Assembly: GCA_038087875.1 (NCBI GenBank)
Contig: CM075992.1
Location: 10,480,001 to 10,544,000 of the forward strand
Origin: Malacoraja senta
Taxonomy: Eukaryota
Direction of reading: 5' to 3'
Length of the DNA stretch: 64,000 bases
The notes under the pieces were generated by a model. It saw nothing but the letters and a program-made list of their open reading frames with translations. It made no database searches and was not told the origin of the DNA. Made by a program: the position numbers and the translations under genes. This document shows positions 36,283 through 49,170 of this stretch, piece by piece (the first letter of the stretch is position 1; every line of letters starts with the position of its first letter).

Positions 36283-37190
36283 TTGATACCAAAAAAGCTG
36301 GTTACCAAGCTCACGGAACTGGGTCTCTGCGCATCCCTCTGCAATTGGATCCACGACTTCTTCATCCAAAGACCACAGCCTGTTCGAATTGGCAGAAATA
36401 CTTCAACCTCATTAACAATCAGTACGGGGGCACATCAAGGCTGGCTGCTCAGCCCCTGCTCAATACTTATGACTGTGAAGCCGGACATAGTGCTATCTCC
36501 GTCATGACATTCGCCGACGACACCAACTTTGTGAGCCGAATTACAGATGGTGATGTGTCAGAGTGTAGATCGCACGAATGACCAAATGTTGCCAGCACAT
36601 CAAGCTGGTTCTCATTATCTGTAAAACCAAATAACTGATTGTGGACCTTGGAAAAGGAAGGTTCAGGACCCACAATCTTGTTTATATCAATGGGACGATG
36701 TTGGAGAGAGTCAAAACCTTCACATTCCTTGGCATAAATATATCCGACTATCTTTGCTGGACCATGCACACTGATGCAATTATAAAAAAAAGCACATCAG
36801 CGCCTCTACTTCTTGAGAATATTACGGAGATTCGGTGTGTCAAAGAGGATTCTGTTGACTTCTACACGCGCACAGAAGAGCGCATATTGACTGGTTGCAT
36901 CGTGGCCTGGTTCGGCAAATTGAACGTCCGGGAAATATCGTAATACCATCAGAATCGGAAAAGACTGCAAAAAGTTGTGAACACTAATCTCTCCACCATC
37001 GCAGGAATTTATCGGAGTCGCTGCCTCGAAAAACAGCCAACATCATCAGAAATCCACACCTGCCAGGCCACACACTAATCTCACCACTGCTATCGGGAAG
37101 AAGATATAGGAGCCTGAGACTGTACCGTCCAGGTTCAGGAACAGCTTCTTCCCGACTGCCATAAGGTTATTGAACACTACATCCTCATAA
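36283..37190 (+). mobile_element. Rex1/Babar-type LINE RT fragment, decayed
   Basis: LCNWIHDFF..RPQPVRIG...STGAHQG.LLSP, FADDT, ERVKTFTFLGINIS and RFRNSFFPTAIRLLN. Confidence 0.85.
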
Positions 37191-37199
37191 CTTTGAGGT

Positions 37200-37322
37200 A
37201 CAATAATAATAATTATTAATAATAATTATAATTATAATTATATACAATTAATTTATTATTATTATTATTATTAATAGTAGTATTATTATTACTATTATTA
37301 TTATTATTATTATTATTATTAC
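37200..37322. repeat. (AAT)n/(TTA)n microsatellite
   Basis: Direct reading. Confidence 0.9.
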
Positions 37323-37381
37323 ACAGTTATTGTTTGTTTTTTGAGCATGTGTGTACGTATACATATAGATATACTCGACTA

Positions 37382-38607
37382 CTAGGTTGTGGGGGAAGGG
37401 TGTGTGGGCTGGGTTGGGGGGTTGTGGGAGGATGGGTGTGTGGGGGGGGTTGTGGTGGGACGGGGGTTGGGCGGGGGCTTTTGTGGGGGAATGGGTCGGT
37501 GGGGGGGGTAAGTTGTTGGGGCGGTGGTTGTGTTGAAAGGGAGGTTTGTGTGCGGGGAGGGTTATGGCGGGAGCGGCCTGTGTTAACCGGGGGGTTGTGG
37601 GGGAAGAAGGGTGTGCGGGCTGTTGCGGAGGAGGAGAGCGCTCGGCGAAAAGACGGGGCAAGTACCATGGGGGAGATGGGCTATCACAGGCAGGAGAAAA
37701 TACGGGGAGCAGAGGATTACGGGCTGGAGCTGACGGTGCGATGGGCAGTCATGGCGAGCGCTGGGCGCTGGCCGTTCTCCTCCGCCGGGATCAGAATCTT
37801 CGCTTTCCGTTTGGCGATACCGGCGATATCTCCGACCCCGGGATGGGCTGGGCTGGGATTCCTACTCTGGGCTGGGCGTGACTGCGTCTTCGACTCTGGG
37901 CTGGGCTGGGACTCCGACGCAGGGCCGTGTCGGGTATCCGAAGCCGGGCTGGGTCGGGTCTCCGACGCCGGGCTGGGTAGGGTCTCCTCCTTTGGGCTGG
38001 GTAGCGTATCCGAATTTGGGCTATGTCGGGTCTCCGACGCTGTTCTGGATCGGGTCCCGGAAGCAAGTCTGGATCGGGTCTCTGACGCTGGGCTGCTTCG
38101 GGCTGGGCTGCTTCGTGCTGGGCTGCGTCGAGCTGGGTTGCTTCGGGCTGGGCTGTTTCGAGCAGGTCTGCTTCGAGCTGCGCTGCTTCGGGCTGGGCTG
38201 CTTCGGGCTGAGCTTCTTCGGATGGGTTGGGCTGCTTCGAGTCCCTTGGAAAATTGTATCCGGTTGGAAAACTCCACCGGCCATCGTCAGCTCCAGTAAA
38301 GACGCGATGTCGCAGGAAGGGCGGACCGTCCCGGGGAATGACAGAAGAGAATAATCCGCGCGGCGCTGGGCTGGCAGAAGAAGAGATCGATCTGCGCAAG
38401 CGCGTATTTTAAAAATATTTTGTAACCTCGCTAAGTTTCACAATATTTAACCGATCGGAACTTAACTTGGTGCACTCACAGCATAGGATCTCGGTGAGTG
38501 TATTGGCGAAAAATCGTAGCGTTATCGCATACCGTTTTTGCGCAAATAGAATGACCGCCCAAACCGGAAAGTAAAAAGATCGAGTTTTAATTATTTATTA
38601 TAGAAGA
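37382..38607 (-). mobile_element. Helitron-like non-autonomous element with internal 15- and 24-bp repeats
   Basis: Minus strand starts A|TCTTCTATAATAAATAATTAAAACTC and ends CTAG|T. Internal GGGCTGCTTCGGGCT repeats. No clear 3' hairpin. Confidence 0.55.
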
Positions 38608-38645
38608 TATAAACCTATATGAGTATGTGTGCATACATGTGAACG

Positions 38646-38678
<33 letters not shown>

Positions 38679-40169
38679 TGGACGTTTTATTCTTTGTCGT
38701 TTATCATATTATTTATTTTGATTACATATTGTGTTATGCGCCAGCAAGTAAGAATTTCATTGTTCGATCTTGGACATATGTAATAAAACACTCTTCACTC
38801 ATGACTCTTTATTGTCATAATTCTCAGTTAAACATAATTCCTGCTTCCTTTATTTCCCATCAAACCTTTTCCGACTTCAGCTTATCAATGATCCCTGGGT
38901 ATTGGACAAAAATCAATGGGGTAAATATTTTTTTTTAATGTTGCTTCAATCCGCTGAGATGCACATGACCTTTATGACACGCACCATCGTCTCAAATAAC
39001 ACGCACGCGTGGGAATTTGTCTGCAGCATCGTGAGTTGGCAGTACTCTATTCAAGACTTCGGACATTCTGACAAACACACTCAACATCCCTCAAACATTA
39101 AGCATGTTAATGCAGATCGAGAAGGGTGCAAGTTATATTATGCACTTTTCAAATTATATCGATGAGCGATCTTGTGGTATAAGTAAGCAGAAGTAGTTCT
39201 TCGCCCAGGGAAACGTGAAATTCAGCTGCGGATGAATGAACCAGCAGTTATATTCCGAAGAGAACGACACGCAGGTTTCTCCTCTTCGCTTCCTGTTCAG
39301 GTTCAAGTAATGAGATGAGATGTCGTACCTGATCGGAGAGTTTTTGTTCAATATACATCGCGCGAGGTTGTGCCTGGTGATATCGTGCATGGTGTGTTGC
39401 CGGCCGTTGTAAATGATTTGTTCCAGTAGGCGCCCGACGGTCTGACCATTCCTCATTGTCAGTCGTCAGCATTATTCACCAAGCAGACATGAATTGGTCA
39501 GCAATTAATGTGTTCTGCAAGATTCCATTCCGAGATTAGCTCGTCACATCGACGCGAGTCCCTTCAAGAGCCCAACTGTCAAATTACCAGACACGGCTCC
39601 TTCCCCAAGACATTCATGTCGACGTGAGTCTTGAACCAGGTCTTCAACAAGAATATTAGGAACTTTTCTTAATTCGTGCTGTGGTAAATAAATCACAACC
39701 TAGTTACGGTTTCATCGCTGTTGCAAAGGGCCTGAGCTCAACGTTGTGTATTTTTCATCAGAGCTAACCCGCTTGTTTTCTTTTGTGCATATCTCTCCAA
39801 ACCTCAGGTGTATTAACAGTTTGTTTATACAAAAACTAGAGCTGGAGTGCACACATTTGGCAGTTCAGCTTACCATTTACAAGCCGGCAATAAACTTCCA
39901 TCTACATTAATCCTATATAACTGCACTTTCGATGGATTGGTGCTACCAGTACTCGTCTCAAGTGTGATGAGATTCTCTGCCTCCATCACCCCTCGAACAT
40001 TGCGTTCCAATTACAAACCTTCTGCTTTCCCACACCCCTCTGATTCTTTAATTATGCCTGTTATGTTGTATTATTCTGCTTGGAAATGTGAAGCTTTCCG
40101 AACTTGGCACCTTGCCTGTGTTCATCACTCTCAAATCCCTCTCAGCCTCCACGTCTATGAATAATGTGG

Positions 40170-42107
40170 ATGTCACAGTTTTCAGTTTGCAAAAGTCGGA
40201 TGTGACTCCAGAAGTCGGGCATAAGTCAGTCAGTCCACAAGCCGTGATTCAGTGTGTCAGTCCAGAGGCCATGAGTGAGTCAGTCAGTCTGTCAGTCCAG
40301 AGATCACGAGTTATTCCCAAGGCTGTGAGTGCAGCGGCCATGAGTAGGTCGCTCACCCCCCCCCCCCACTGACATCCCCCACCTCAAGACGCGGTCTTCC
40401 GCCTGACTATAGGATGCTACCCGTCCTGAAGCGGCCCCCATCCCCCGCTGCATTACACCCCCCTCCCTCAGCAGCCCACGAAAGCCCCCGCCTGAAGCAG
40501 TCCCTCCCCCCTCGGCTGCAGGACGTTTGCCACCCCACCCCACCCCCGACAGCCTCCGCATCACAAAAATGTTTTGCACAAATTCTCAGTGAATCCAGAG
40601 GATTGAGAATTACTACAAAACAATGGAATTCTTTAATTTGCCACAAGCATGAAATGGAAGGATGCACGTTGATGATTACAATCCAGAATTTCTGCAGGAA
40701 TTGCTATACGATAGAACTGAACAACAGCAATTTGTTGAGGATAATGGGCCTCTGCTGAATGCTGAGCAGAGAGCAGTGTATGCCCTCAATTTAGCAGAAG
40801 GTGAAGACATTCCCCTTCAGCAGACCCAATTCCCCATTCAATCCAGTTTTGCTATGACGATCCATACAGCAAAAGAATAAACAATGCAGAAGGTGTTGAG
40901 CTACCTCGACAAACCGGTATTTCAGCATGGAAAACTATATGTGTCTCTTAACTGAGGAAAGATGAAGGGAAATGTCAATTTTTCCTGAATGATGGAACAT
41001 CGACCAAGAATGTTGTCATTAAGAGCGTTCTTCGTTGAATGATGGCTTTTGAGATAAATTCTCAGATTTTCTTGGTTAAAATTTGACCGCTGAATCTCTG
41101 TATTTAAATGTTCTCTTATTTTTATCATCAGCAAAGAGACATCAAGACGCAGTGAGAAGCAACACGAGACACAACAAGAAATAACTTAATAACTTTCACT
41201 TTAAAAATTTAAATTGTTCTTATATTTAAGAGTCATTCACATTTTAAACTTTAATAAATCCCTTTTCCACTTTTCAAGCCTGCGTGTTCTTCATCACAAT
41301 GGGAAACAATGGGCAGGAATGGATGCTCTGTGGGAGAGCCACTAAGAGTGCATGGGGGGATGTTGTGGGGAGATGGACTGAATGCGTGGGGGGAGGGTAA
41401 TGGCAAGGAGCAGAGTGGTATGGTGAAGGGAGCAGGGGTGACTGTGTGAACTGCCAGCGTACCAGGCGTGAGTGGCTGCACTGCCAGCCCACCAGCTTTC
41501 AGTGACTGCACTGGCAGCCCACCAGCCGTCAGTGACAGAACTGCCAGCCCACGAGCCGTGAGTAAGTGAGCTGCAAGCCCACCAGCTGTAAGTGACTGAT
41601 CTGCCAGCCCACCAGCCGTGAGTGACTGCACTGCCAGCCCACGGGCCGTGAGTAAGTTAACTGCCAGCCCACCAGCTGTAAGTGACTGAACTGCCAGCCC
41701 ACAAGCCGTGAGTGACTGCACTGCCAGCCCACCAGCCGTGAGTGACTGCACTGCCAGCCCACCAGTCGTGAGTGACTGCACAGCCTGCCCACTAGCCGTG
41801 AGTGACTCCACTGCCAGCCCACCAGCCGTGAGTGACTGCACTGCCAGCCCACCAGCCGTGAGTAAGTGAACTGCCAGCCCACCAGCCGTCAGTGACTGAG
41901 CTGCCAGCCCAAGAATCCATTCGGCCCACAATGTCCATGATTGCCCTCTGGAAACCAGTCCCTTCGGCTCACAACACCAACACTAGCGCAACAGAAAGCA
42001 CCCCCCTCTGGTCAGCAATATTGGAATTGGTAGAGAGGTGGAATATTGTGTTGGATGACCAGCTCTCCCGTGTGATGCTGGGACCCAACAGGTCTCACTT
42101 AGTCTAG
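40170..42107 (+). mobile_element. Internally deleted Helitron with PIF1-helicase remnant (5' boundary approximate)
   Basis: LLNAEQRAVY and QFPIQSSFAMTIHTAKE*T...LDKPVFQHGKLYVSL at 40750-40950; 3' hairpin GGGACC..GGTCTC then CTAG|T at 42104-42108. Confidence 0.8.
41450..41910. repeat. 30-bp minisatellite CTGCCAGCCCACCAGCCGTGAGTGACTGCA (~15 copies)
   Basis: Exact 30-bp period visible in the line layout. Confidence 0.95.
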
Positions 42108-42199
42108 TGTTCTTATGGTGCTGTCTCAGATAATTCCTCTGGATGCTCGACCAATATACCCACCACCCACTGAATGAAAACGTTGTCCCATCAGTGTCT

Positions 42200-42720
42200 G
42201 CTATTTCATTCAATTTCTCCCCTTAAACCCCTGTGTTGTGTTTTGTTGCATCCCCGTCCTTGTAAAAGACCATTAACATTCATCCCATTTAAGGTCTTTA
42301 ATATGACATCTCAGGCTTTTGTGCTTCAAGAAACAAAGTACTTCCAACCTTTCCTTATAGCAAATGCCCTCGCGTCGAAGGAAAATGTGCATAGCAGATT
42401 ACCGAAATATTTTCTTTGGTGGGGTAACCAAAACGGGATACAATATTCCAAATGGAGCCTCGCCAACTTATTTTCAAACTACTGCATACGTCGCCAGCTG
42501 TTGCCAATTTGCGCACTTGATTAAGATCATGTACTAATTTTTGATCGACTTCACTCTCTACTATATTACCTACGTTAGCGTGACTTGCAAACTTACGAAT
42601 CATACCCAGTATAAGCATGCCCTGTAGGTTATCATAAAAATCATATAGAAGACCACGAAAATTAATAGGCCCAGATGCGATCACTGAGGCTCGCCATTAG
42701 TCAAGAGCCCGAAAAACTAA
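42200..42720 (-). mobile_element. Old CR1-type RT fragments
   Basis: GMIRKFASHANVGNIVESE (decayed ISKFADDTKIGG) and LEYC-type motifs. Confidence 0.55.
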
Positions 42721-43053
42721 CGTTGCAGTCCTGCAATAATCGTACATGTTTTTACTTGAGACATTGCTCGTGTTCTCTGAGCAGTTATACCACCCCCCCC
42801 CCCACCCACCCACACCACCCCCCGCCCAACTCTGGAAAAGTGGTAGGACGGAAATTTCAAACGAAATGATAGATAACTAACGTGCCAAATGCTGAAAAGT
42901 GGGAATATTGTAGAAACAAGTGTCATTGATACTGGGCTGATTGACCTATTTCTGAGGGGCATGTACGATCAAGTATTCTCTCTCATATCACTGCAGGTGG
43001 CTTGCTTCATCTCTGTTCTGTGAGAATACGCGGGTAGTTAGTGAGCAGTCACA

Positions 43054-43535
43054 GAAACATAGAAACATAGAAAATAGGTGCAGGAGTAGGCCATTGGGTC
43101 CTTCGAGCCTGCACCGCCATTCAATATGATCATGGCTGATCATCCAACTCAGTATCCTGTACCTGCCTTCTCTCCATACTCCCTGATCCCGTTAGCCACA
43201 AGGGCCACATCTAACTCCCTCTTAAATATAGCCAATGAACTGGCCTCAACTACCTACTGTGGCAGAGAGTTCCAGAGATTCACCACTCTCTGTGTGAAAA
43301 ATGTTTTTCTCATCTCGTTCCTAAAGGATTTCCCTTTTATCCTTAAACTGTGACCCCTTGTACTGGACTTCCCCAACATCGGGAATAATCTTCCTGCATC
43401 TAGCCTGTCCAACCCCTTAAGAATTTTGTAAGTTTCTATAAGATCCTCCCTCAATCTTGTAAATTCTAGCGAGTACAAGCCAAGTCTATCCAGCCTTTGT
43501 TCATATCAAAGTCCTGACATCCCAGGAATCAGTCC
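43054..43535 (-). mobile_element. CR1/HER1-type LINE 3' end
   Basis: YSLEFTRLREDLIETYKILKG...TRGH...FFTQRVVNLWNSLP with an (AGAAACAT)n tail. Confidence 0.92.
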
Positions 43536-43559
43536 AGTTAGTCTATATACATAGTACAT

Positions 43560-43805
43560 AACACAATGTGTGTGCTTGTCAGTGCATGTGCATGTGTATT
43601 TGTGAGTGTGTGTGTGTGTGTGTGAATGTGTGTGTGTCTGCATGTGTGTGTGCGTGAGCTGATGTGTGATTTTGTGTGTGCTGAAGTACGATTGTGTGTG
43701 TCTGCATGCGTGTGAGTGTGTGTGTGCATGTGCTGATATGTGTTCGTGTGTGTATGCATGTGTTGATGTGGGTTTGTGTTTGTTTATGTGTGTGTGTGTG
43801 TGTTT

Positions 43806-43856
<51 letters not shown>

Positions 43857-43915
43857 CGTGTGTGTGTGTGTGTATGTGTATTTTGTGTGTATGTGTATGT
43901 GTATTTTGTGTGTGC
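43560..43915. repeat. (TG)n microsatellite
   Basis: Direct reading. Confidence 0.95.
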
Positions 43916-43919
43916 TCAG

Positions 43920-44940
43920 TCAACAAAGGGCTGGAGGAATTTAGCGAGACGGAGAAGCAAGTGGACAAAGCATGATTTGATACGGGACATTTTTTCACTA
44001 ACTATAGAAAATAGGAGAGCTGGAAAAATATGTGGGGACGCGAGAAAGCGTGGCAAATGATGGATGGATACAAGTAATGGAGGTCAATTGGCAGAGGTAA
44101 CGAAAGACACAAACTGGTATCTGACAAGGGCGATGGGGAAGTACATATGAATTCGGAGGGAAGGACATTCGAGGAATGCAAAGAGCAGAGAGGAGGGAGG
44201 AGATAGAACAAAAATTGGGGTTGCGTGGATTGGAGTTGTATGAATTAATAAGGAAAGGCATAGCATGCCTGGCGTCGAGAGATACTGGCATATATTGCTC
44301 TACATTGCTCCGGGAAATGGAAGGACAGAGGGAGGCAAGGAGCTCTACCTTAAAAGTGGAAAAGTAATTGTCCACTCTACGCTCTAAACCACGCAAACGG
44401 ATTATGAAGTGTTGCTCTTCCAATCTCTTTGCTACCTCACTCTGCATTTTAATGACCAAGGACACAAACATCGCTGCAGGGATGGAAATGGGTTTTAAAT
44501 GGTTAGCAACCTAGATTTCCAAGAATACAGAGCGTTAGTTATCGACGAACTCACCGCCTAGCCTATGTTTTTTCTGCTTCGTGTAAAGTAGGCCACATCT
44601 GGAGAGGCAAATACAGTCTATAAGATGAGCGGAGCTACGTGAGAAACTCTGTCTCAAAGTGCCGATGTCCTGTGGTCTCACGATGGAGATAAAGTTGAAG
44701 ATGTTGGGAAAGGTGTTCATCTCCTGGGTTGACATGGTATGGGGAAGGTTTTGCAGGAAAATATAAAGTAGACGAAGGAGTTGCAGAGGATGTGCTGCCT
44801 GCAAAAGTGGAAACGGGTGGAGATGGGAATATGTGACCGTTGCTGGGATGGCGTTACCTTTGCGGGAAATGCCGTGCAATGATGTTGGGGTAAATGCTAA
44901 GGGCCAGATGATCTCATTCCATCTGGGGTGATAGGGAGCG
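43920..44940 (-). mobile_element. Old Penelope-like element (GIY-YIG remnant)
   Basis: SSAHLIDCICLSRCGLLYT...HRLG.EF and KRLEEQHFIIRL. Confidence 0.75.
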
Positions 44941-45599
44941 CGTTTTTAATTGCGGCACACAGAGATGACATGCACGAAGAGACCGGGTGCAGGCATAAGA
45001 TTGGTGCGCGTCAGGGGGTCTGTCATTGGTTTACATTCTGTCATAGAGCGTGTGAAGTGTGTCTCACCACTGCTCACTGATACATCCACAGTGAACAACT
45101 CATCTCTTTCGGCCCCCTGAAATTTGTGTAACATATGGATGCCGTGTAATCTGGCACGGTTAATAGCTAACACGTTTTCCATAATATTAATGTATAATGC
45201 GTTACAGACACTTGGTTGCAACGTCGGATGGTAGGGCGAGCACAATTTATATTAACCGAATCCAGGAATATTCGGTACCTTTTTTGGAACAACCTCTGCT
45301 GCACAAGCCACTCATACAATTACCTCAACTATTTGCCCTAGAATTGATAAATGTTTCATGTGGCGATTCAGTTTTAACCTTCAGAAACACTATCACACCA
45401 AAATAAACTGCAGAGGAACATCAACATGAGGACAGATAACTCTTACGACGGCGCACACACACTACCGATGGGGTGCGGAAATTTCAGAATGGTCAGGTTG
45501 CTCAAATCATAATTGAAAAGTATGTATAATGGTAAAGGTAAATAGGGCGCAGATCGACTGTCGAAGTCTCAGAAAAGGATAACAATCTATCAGGAGGGC

Positions 45600-48250
45600 A
45601 ACATGGCGACCAATATAAAAAGAAGGCTGATGAATACATAATTGCCGTTGGCAAGTTAACATGCACTCAATATTCGAATCAAGGCGAATAAACTTAAATT
45701 ACAGTTAGAAATATATAGGAGGAACGTTGTGGGCTTTAGAGAGCCATGGCAAACAGCCGATCAAATATGGTAGCTGAACATCCAATGATAGATATCCTAC
45801 AGAAAGCACAGGCATAAATGGGATTGGCGGCTTTGAAGGTCATGGCCGGAATTCAATCCTTAGTAAGAAATGACATAGGGTCAACAGATGTTAGAGAGTT
45901 GTGGGTAAAATAAGTATCTACAAAGAAAGAAAATACCCGGATGGGAGATACATACTTGGCTTCTAAGTAGCGGCAGTGATTTAAGGTATCAGTGATGTAG
46001 CGTATCAGTAAACTGAAAAGGCACATTACAATGATGACTCTGTGCGGGCAGAACGGGCAACTCAGATTGGCATTGAATCCCAAGCGAAAAGTATTTAAAA
46101 TAAAGGCCAACAAGATAGAGCAGCTGGTGGTCGACCACAGCAGAGAACAGACAATTCCGGAATTGGAGTTGTGGAACGAACAAAATTTGACCAGCGAACT
46201 TAAACTGGGGAAACCACTCGGCTGCAGTGATCAAGATTTGATATTTCAACCAGTAGTTTGAAAGAGAGAACTCAAAATCGCATGTATCGATGTTACTGTT
46301 GAGCAAATGTATGACGGAGACATTTGGGACGAGGTGACTAAATTTAGTTGAGGGGAAAGCATGCACAAATGACGATGAATCAACAATGGCAGGGTTTTCT
46401 TGGAGTAGTGTGGAAGACGCGGCATCCTTTCATTGCAAAGTGAAAGAAATATACTAAACGGAGAGAGAGGCGACTGTGGATGACAAAGGAAGTCAAATAC
46501 AACATAAAAGGAAAAAAAGAATACATCTAAGGTTCGTGGGAAGGTGGAGAATTGGGAAGCTTGAAGGACTGAGGGGAAGCAATTTAAATAGGTTTCAAAT
46601 GTTTCAAATGGGTTCCATTGTAAAATGAAACAATTATGTTACGGTGATATGCGAATTACCATAGAGTCCTACTAAAAATGCAACAATTCATACAACTACA
46701 TAAAACTTAACATTAACATCCACCGTAACAGATTCCCCACATTCCTCGCTGTGATGGAAGGCAATTCAGTCTAATCTTATTCTCTCTTTACTCTCTCGCG
46801 GTCGCGATGTCGAACGATTCATCGAGGCGATCGAAGCGCCTGCGTCGGGACGATCGAAGCTCCCGCGACGGGGCGATCGAAACTCCCGCGTCCGGGCGGT
46901 CGAAGCTCCCGCGTCGGGGCGGTCGACGCTCCTGCGGCTTGGAGTTCCCGGGCAAGCTCAGCGATGTTAAATTCCGCAAGCACGCGCGGTAATGGTCAGA
47001 GGGCCATCAATGACAAAGGGATAGCGGGCTCCACGATGCCGTAGGCTCCCGCGGTGGAGCTCCCGAAGTTGGTCTCTGCAAAGGCCGCCAACACCGCGAC
47101 GTTAGGCCGCAGTGTGGACGGTGATACGATACCGATAAAATCGCACACCCGTCGATCTAAGTATCCCCCAAACCCCTCCCCACCCTGACATAAAACAAGC
47201 TAAACAAACTAAAAACATACCTTGAACATACTAAATTGCAACAAAGGGATAGACAGACTGTTGGCGAGGCAGCAGGCCCTAATAAAACAAAATATAATAC
47301 ATATATTTTGTATATATAAAGGGCTAAGCAGAGGTAAGTGTGTACAATGTACCGCTGACATATGATGCTGGAGAAGGAGGAATGGAAGACAAAACATTTG
47401 CGGACAAACTGAATAAGATTTTGTATCACAGTGAAAGACACCAGCAACATGTCAGAAATTCAAAGGATTCAGGGGCTAGTAATGAGTGCCGTCGCTATTG
47501 CGGATGAGAAGCTGCTTAGGAATTTGTTAGGTTTGAAGATCTATAGTTCACCGGTGCTGGATGGAATACCCCACAGGGTTATAAAAGAGGTAGCCTTAGA
47601 GATTCTGGAGGCTTACTGGTGATCTTTCAGGAATCACGATAGTCAGCAATTGCTCTAGAGAACGGGGTAATCAGAAATCTGACTGCACTTTGCAATGAGT
47701 GAGCAAGGAAAAAGAAAGAAAATAATAGGCCGCTTAGTCTGACTTCAGATATTCATAGAATGTTATAGTCTATTGTAAAGGATCTGGTTTCAGCGTACTT
47801 TTAGGCGTATGATAGTAGGCCATTTTAAGCGGAAGTCCTGCCTTACAAAGTTGTTGGAATTCTTTGAGAATGTAACATCCAGGATAAGGGCAAAGCTCCT
47901 AACTGACAGCAGCGGAATTACGCCAGTCGGCGCACCACGTTCAAGCCATTCAATCATGGTTAAACTATTGTTCCCATCTAACAGCATTCTTCTGCCCTCT
48001 TGCCATAAACCCTGGCATGGAGAGTGAGTGGATGTTGTTTATTTGGATATTCAGATGGCCTTGATAAAGCGCAACACGCCATACAGTTAAAGAAGGTGGG
48101 AGTCCGTAGTGTTCGATTACTGTCATTGATAAAAGATTGCTGACTGGCAGAAGGCAAAGTGTGGTACGAAATAGGGTCCGATAAGTTTACGTATTATTTT
48201 ATTGATCTGGATGATGGAATAAGTGGCTTTCTGGCAAGGATTGCGGACAG
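45600..48250 (+). mobile_element. Heavily decayed CR1-type LINE ORF2
   Basis: PLGCSDQDLIF (APE end), SSPVLDGIPHRVIKE, NRPLSLTS, KSCLTKLLEFFENVT and DVVYLDIQMA. Confidence 0.7.
46595..47280 (-). mobile_element. Non-autonomous retroposon nested in CR1, with ~22-bp CpG-rich repeats
   Basis: (GTTTCAAAT)n tail at the left, GGGCGATCGAAGCTCCCGCG units at 46825-46935, 5' end similar to 13040-13220. Confidence 0.55.
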
Positions 48251-49170
48251 TACAACCTCCGTGGAACTCCTAGATCCACTCATCACTTCCTATAGGCGCT
48301 CTCCTTCAATCACTGGAGATTTAACACCTGTCACAACACTTCATCCCTCGTCTCCAGCGAGAGACCGCAGGACATTTTAACTGTGAGACTGAGTCACGCA
48401 TAGCTCCTCTAACCTCATCGACTGCAATAAATGCTCCCGGTGTGTCCTACCTTACACCAACCAGACGCAACCAAGAGGAGGTAATGCTTTCGCTGAATAC
48501 TGCCTGATGTCCAATACTAGCCCTCTGTCTTCCAAATACTAGCGCTTTGTCTTCCAAAGTTAGCTGGATCAGGTTGCGAGCAATTTGAAACCCATTTGCC
48601 ATGTCCATACCTACTTTGTTGTCCTTCATTCAGTTAATTGCCAGAGTATGGTGCCGCTCACATTGGAGGGACATCACCTCATATTCCGCTTGGGTAATCT
48701 ATAGCTTACCACATGGGCATTGTATTTTCCACTCATAACGTATACATCATATTCCTCACTCTTTCATTCCCATCCCCACTCTGAAGTACCTCCATTTCTC
48801 GCACTATCTCCCACTTCCCCTGCCTAGTACACACATCTCACATCCTTAAAACCCTAATTCCTTTGTCTCGCCTGTTTCCTCTCTGCCCTATCCCCTTCCA
48901 CTAATATCACTCTAGCTTCGTATTGCATTCCTCTTCTTTCTTATCTGACACCCTTTTATGTCTGTTGGCACTTGCTCCATCCCTTTGCCAATCTACCCCA
49001 TTATTAATTTCCAGCAATCATTTGCCGTGCTTTATCTCGTCGTCACTCTCTTTCCGAACTGTCTCCCCATTTACAGAATTAGTGCGAAGGAAGGCCCCGA
49101 ATAGAAACAACGTCTGTATTTTCCCTTCACTGTATAGCTGAGTTGCTCCATCCCTTTTTGTTTTGCTCCC
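48250..49170 (+). mobile_element. Old Penelope-like fragment (duplicated at 53655-54430)
   Basis: SSSNLIDCNKCSRC...Y and LEGHHLIFRLGNL remnants; pyrimidine-rich tail. Confidence 0.65.

Noticed and set aside
37334..38399. 321-aa and overlapping ORFs with RAGLL / SPARS repeats
   Set aside because: They arise from 15- and 24-bp GC-rich repeats open in several frames on both strands inside a non-autonomous element.
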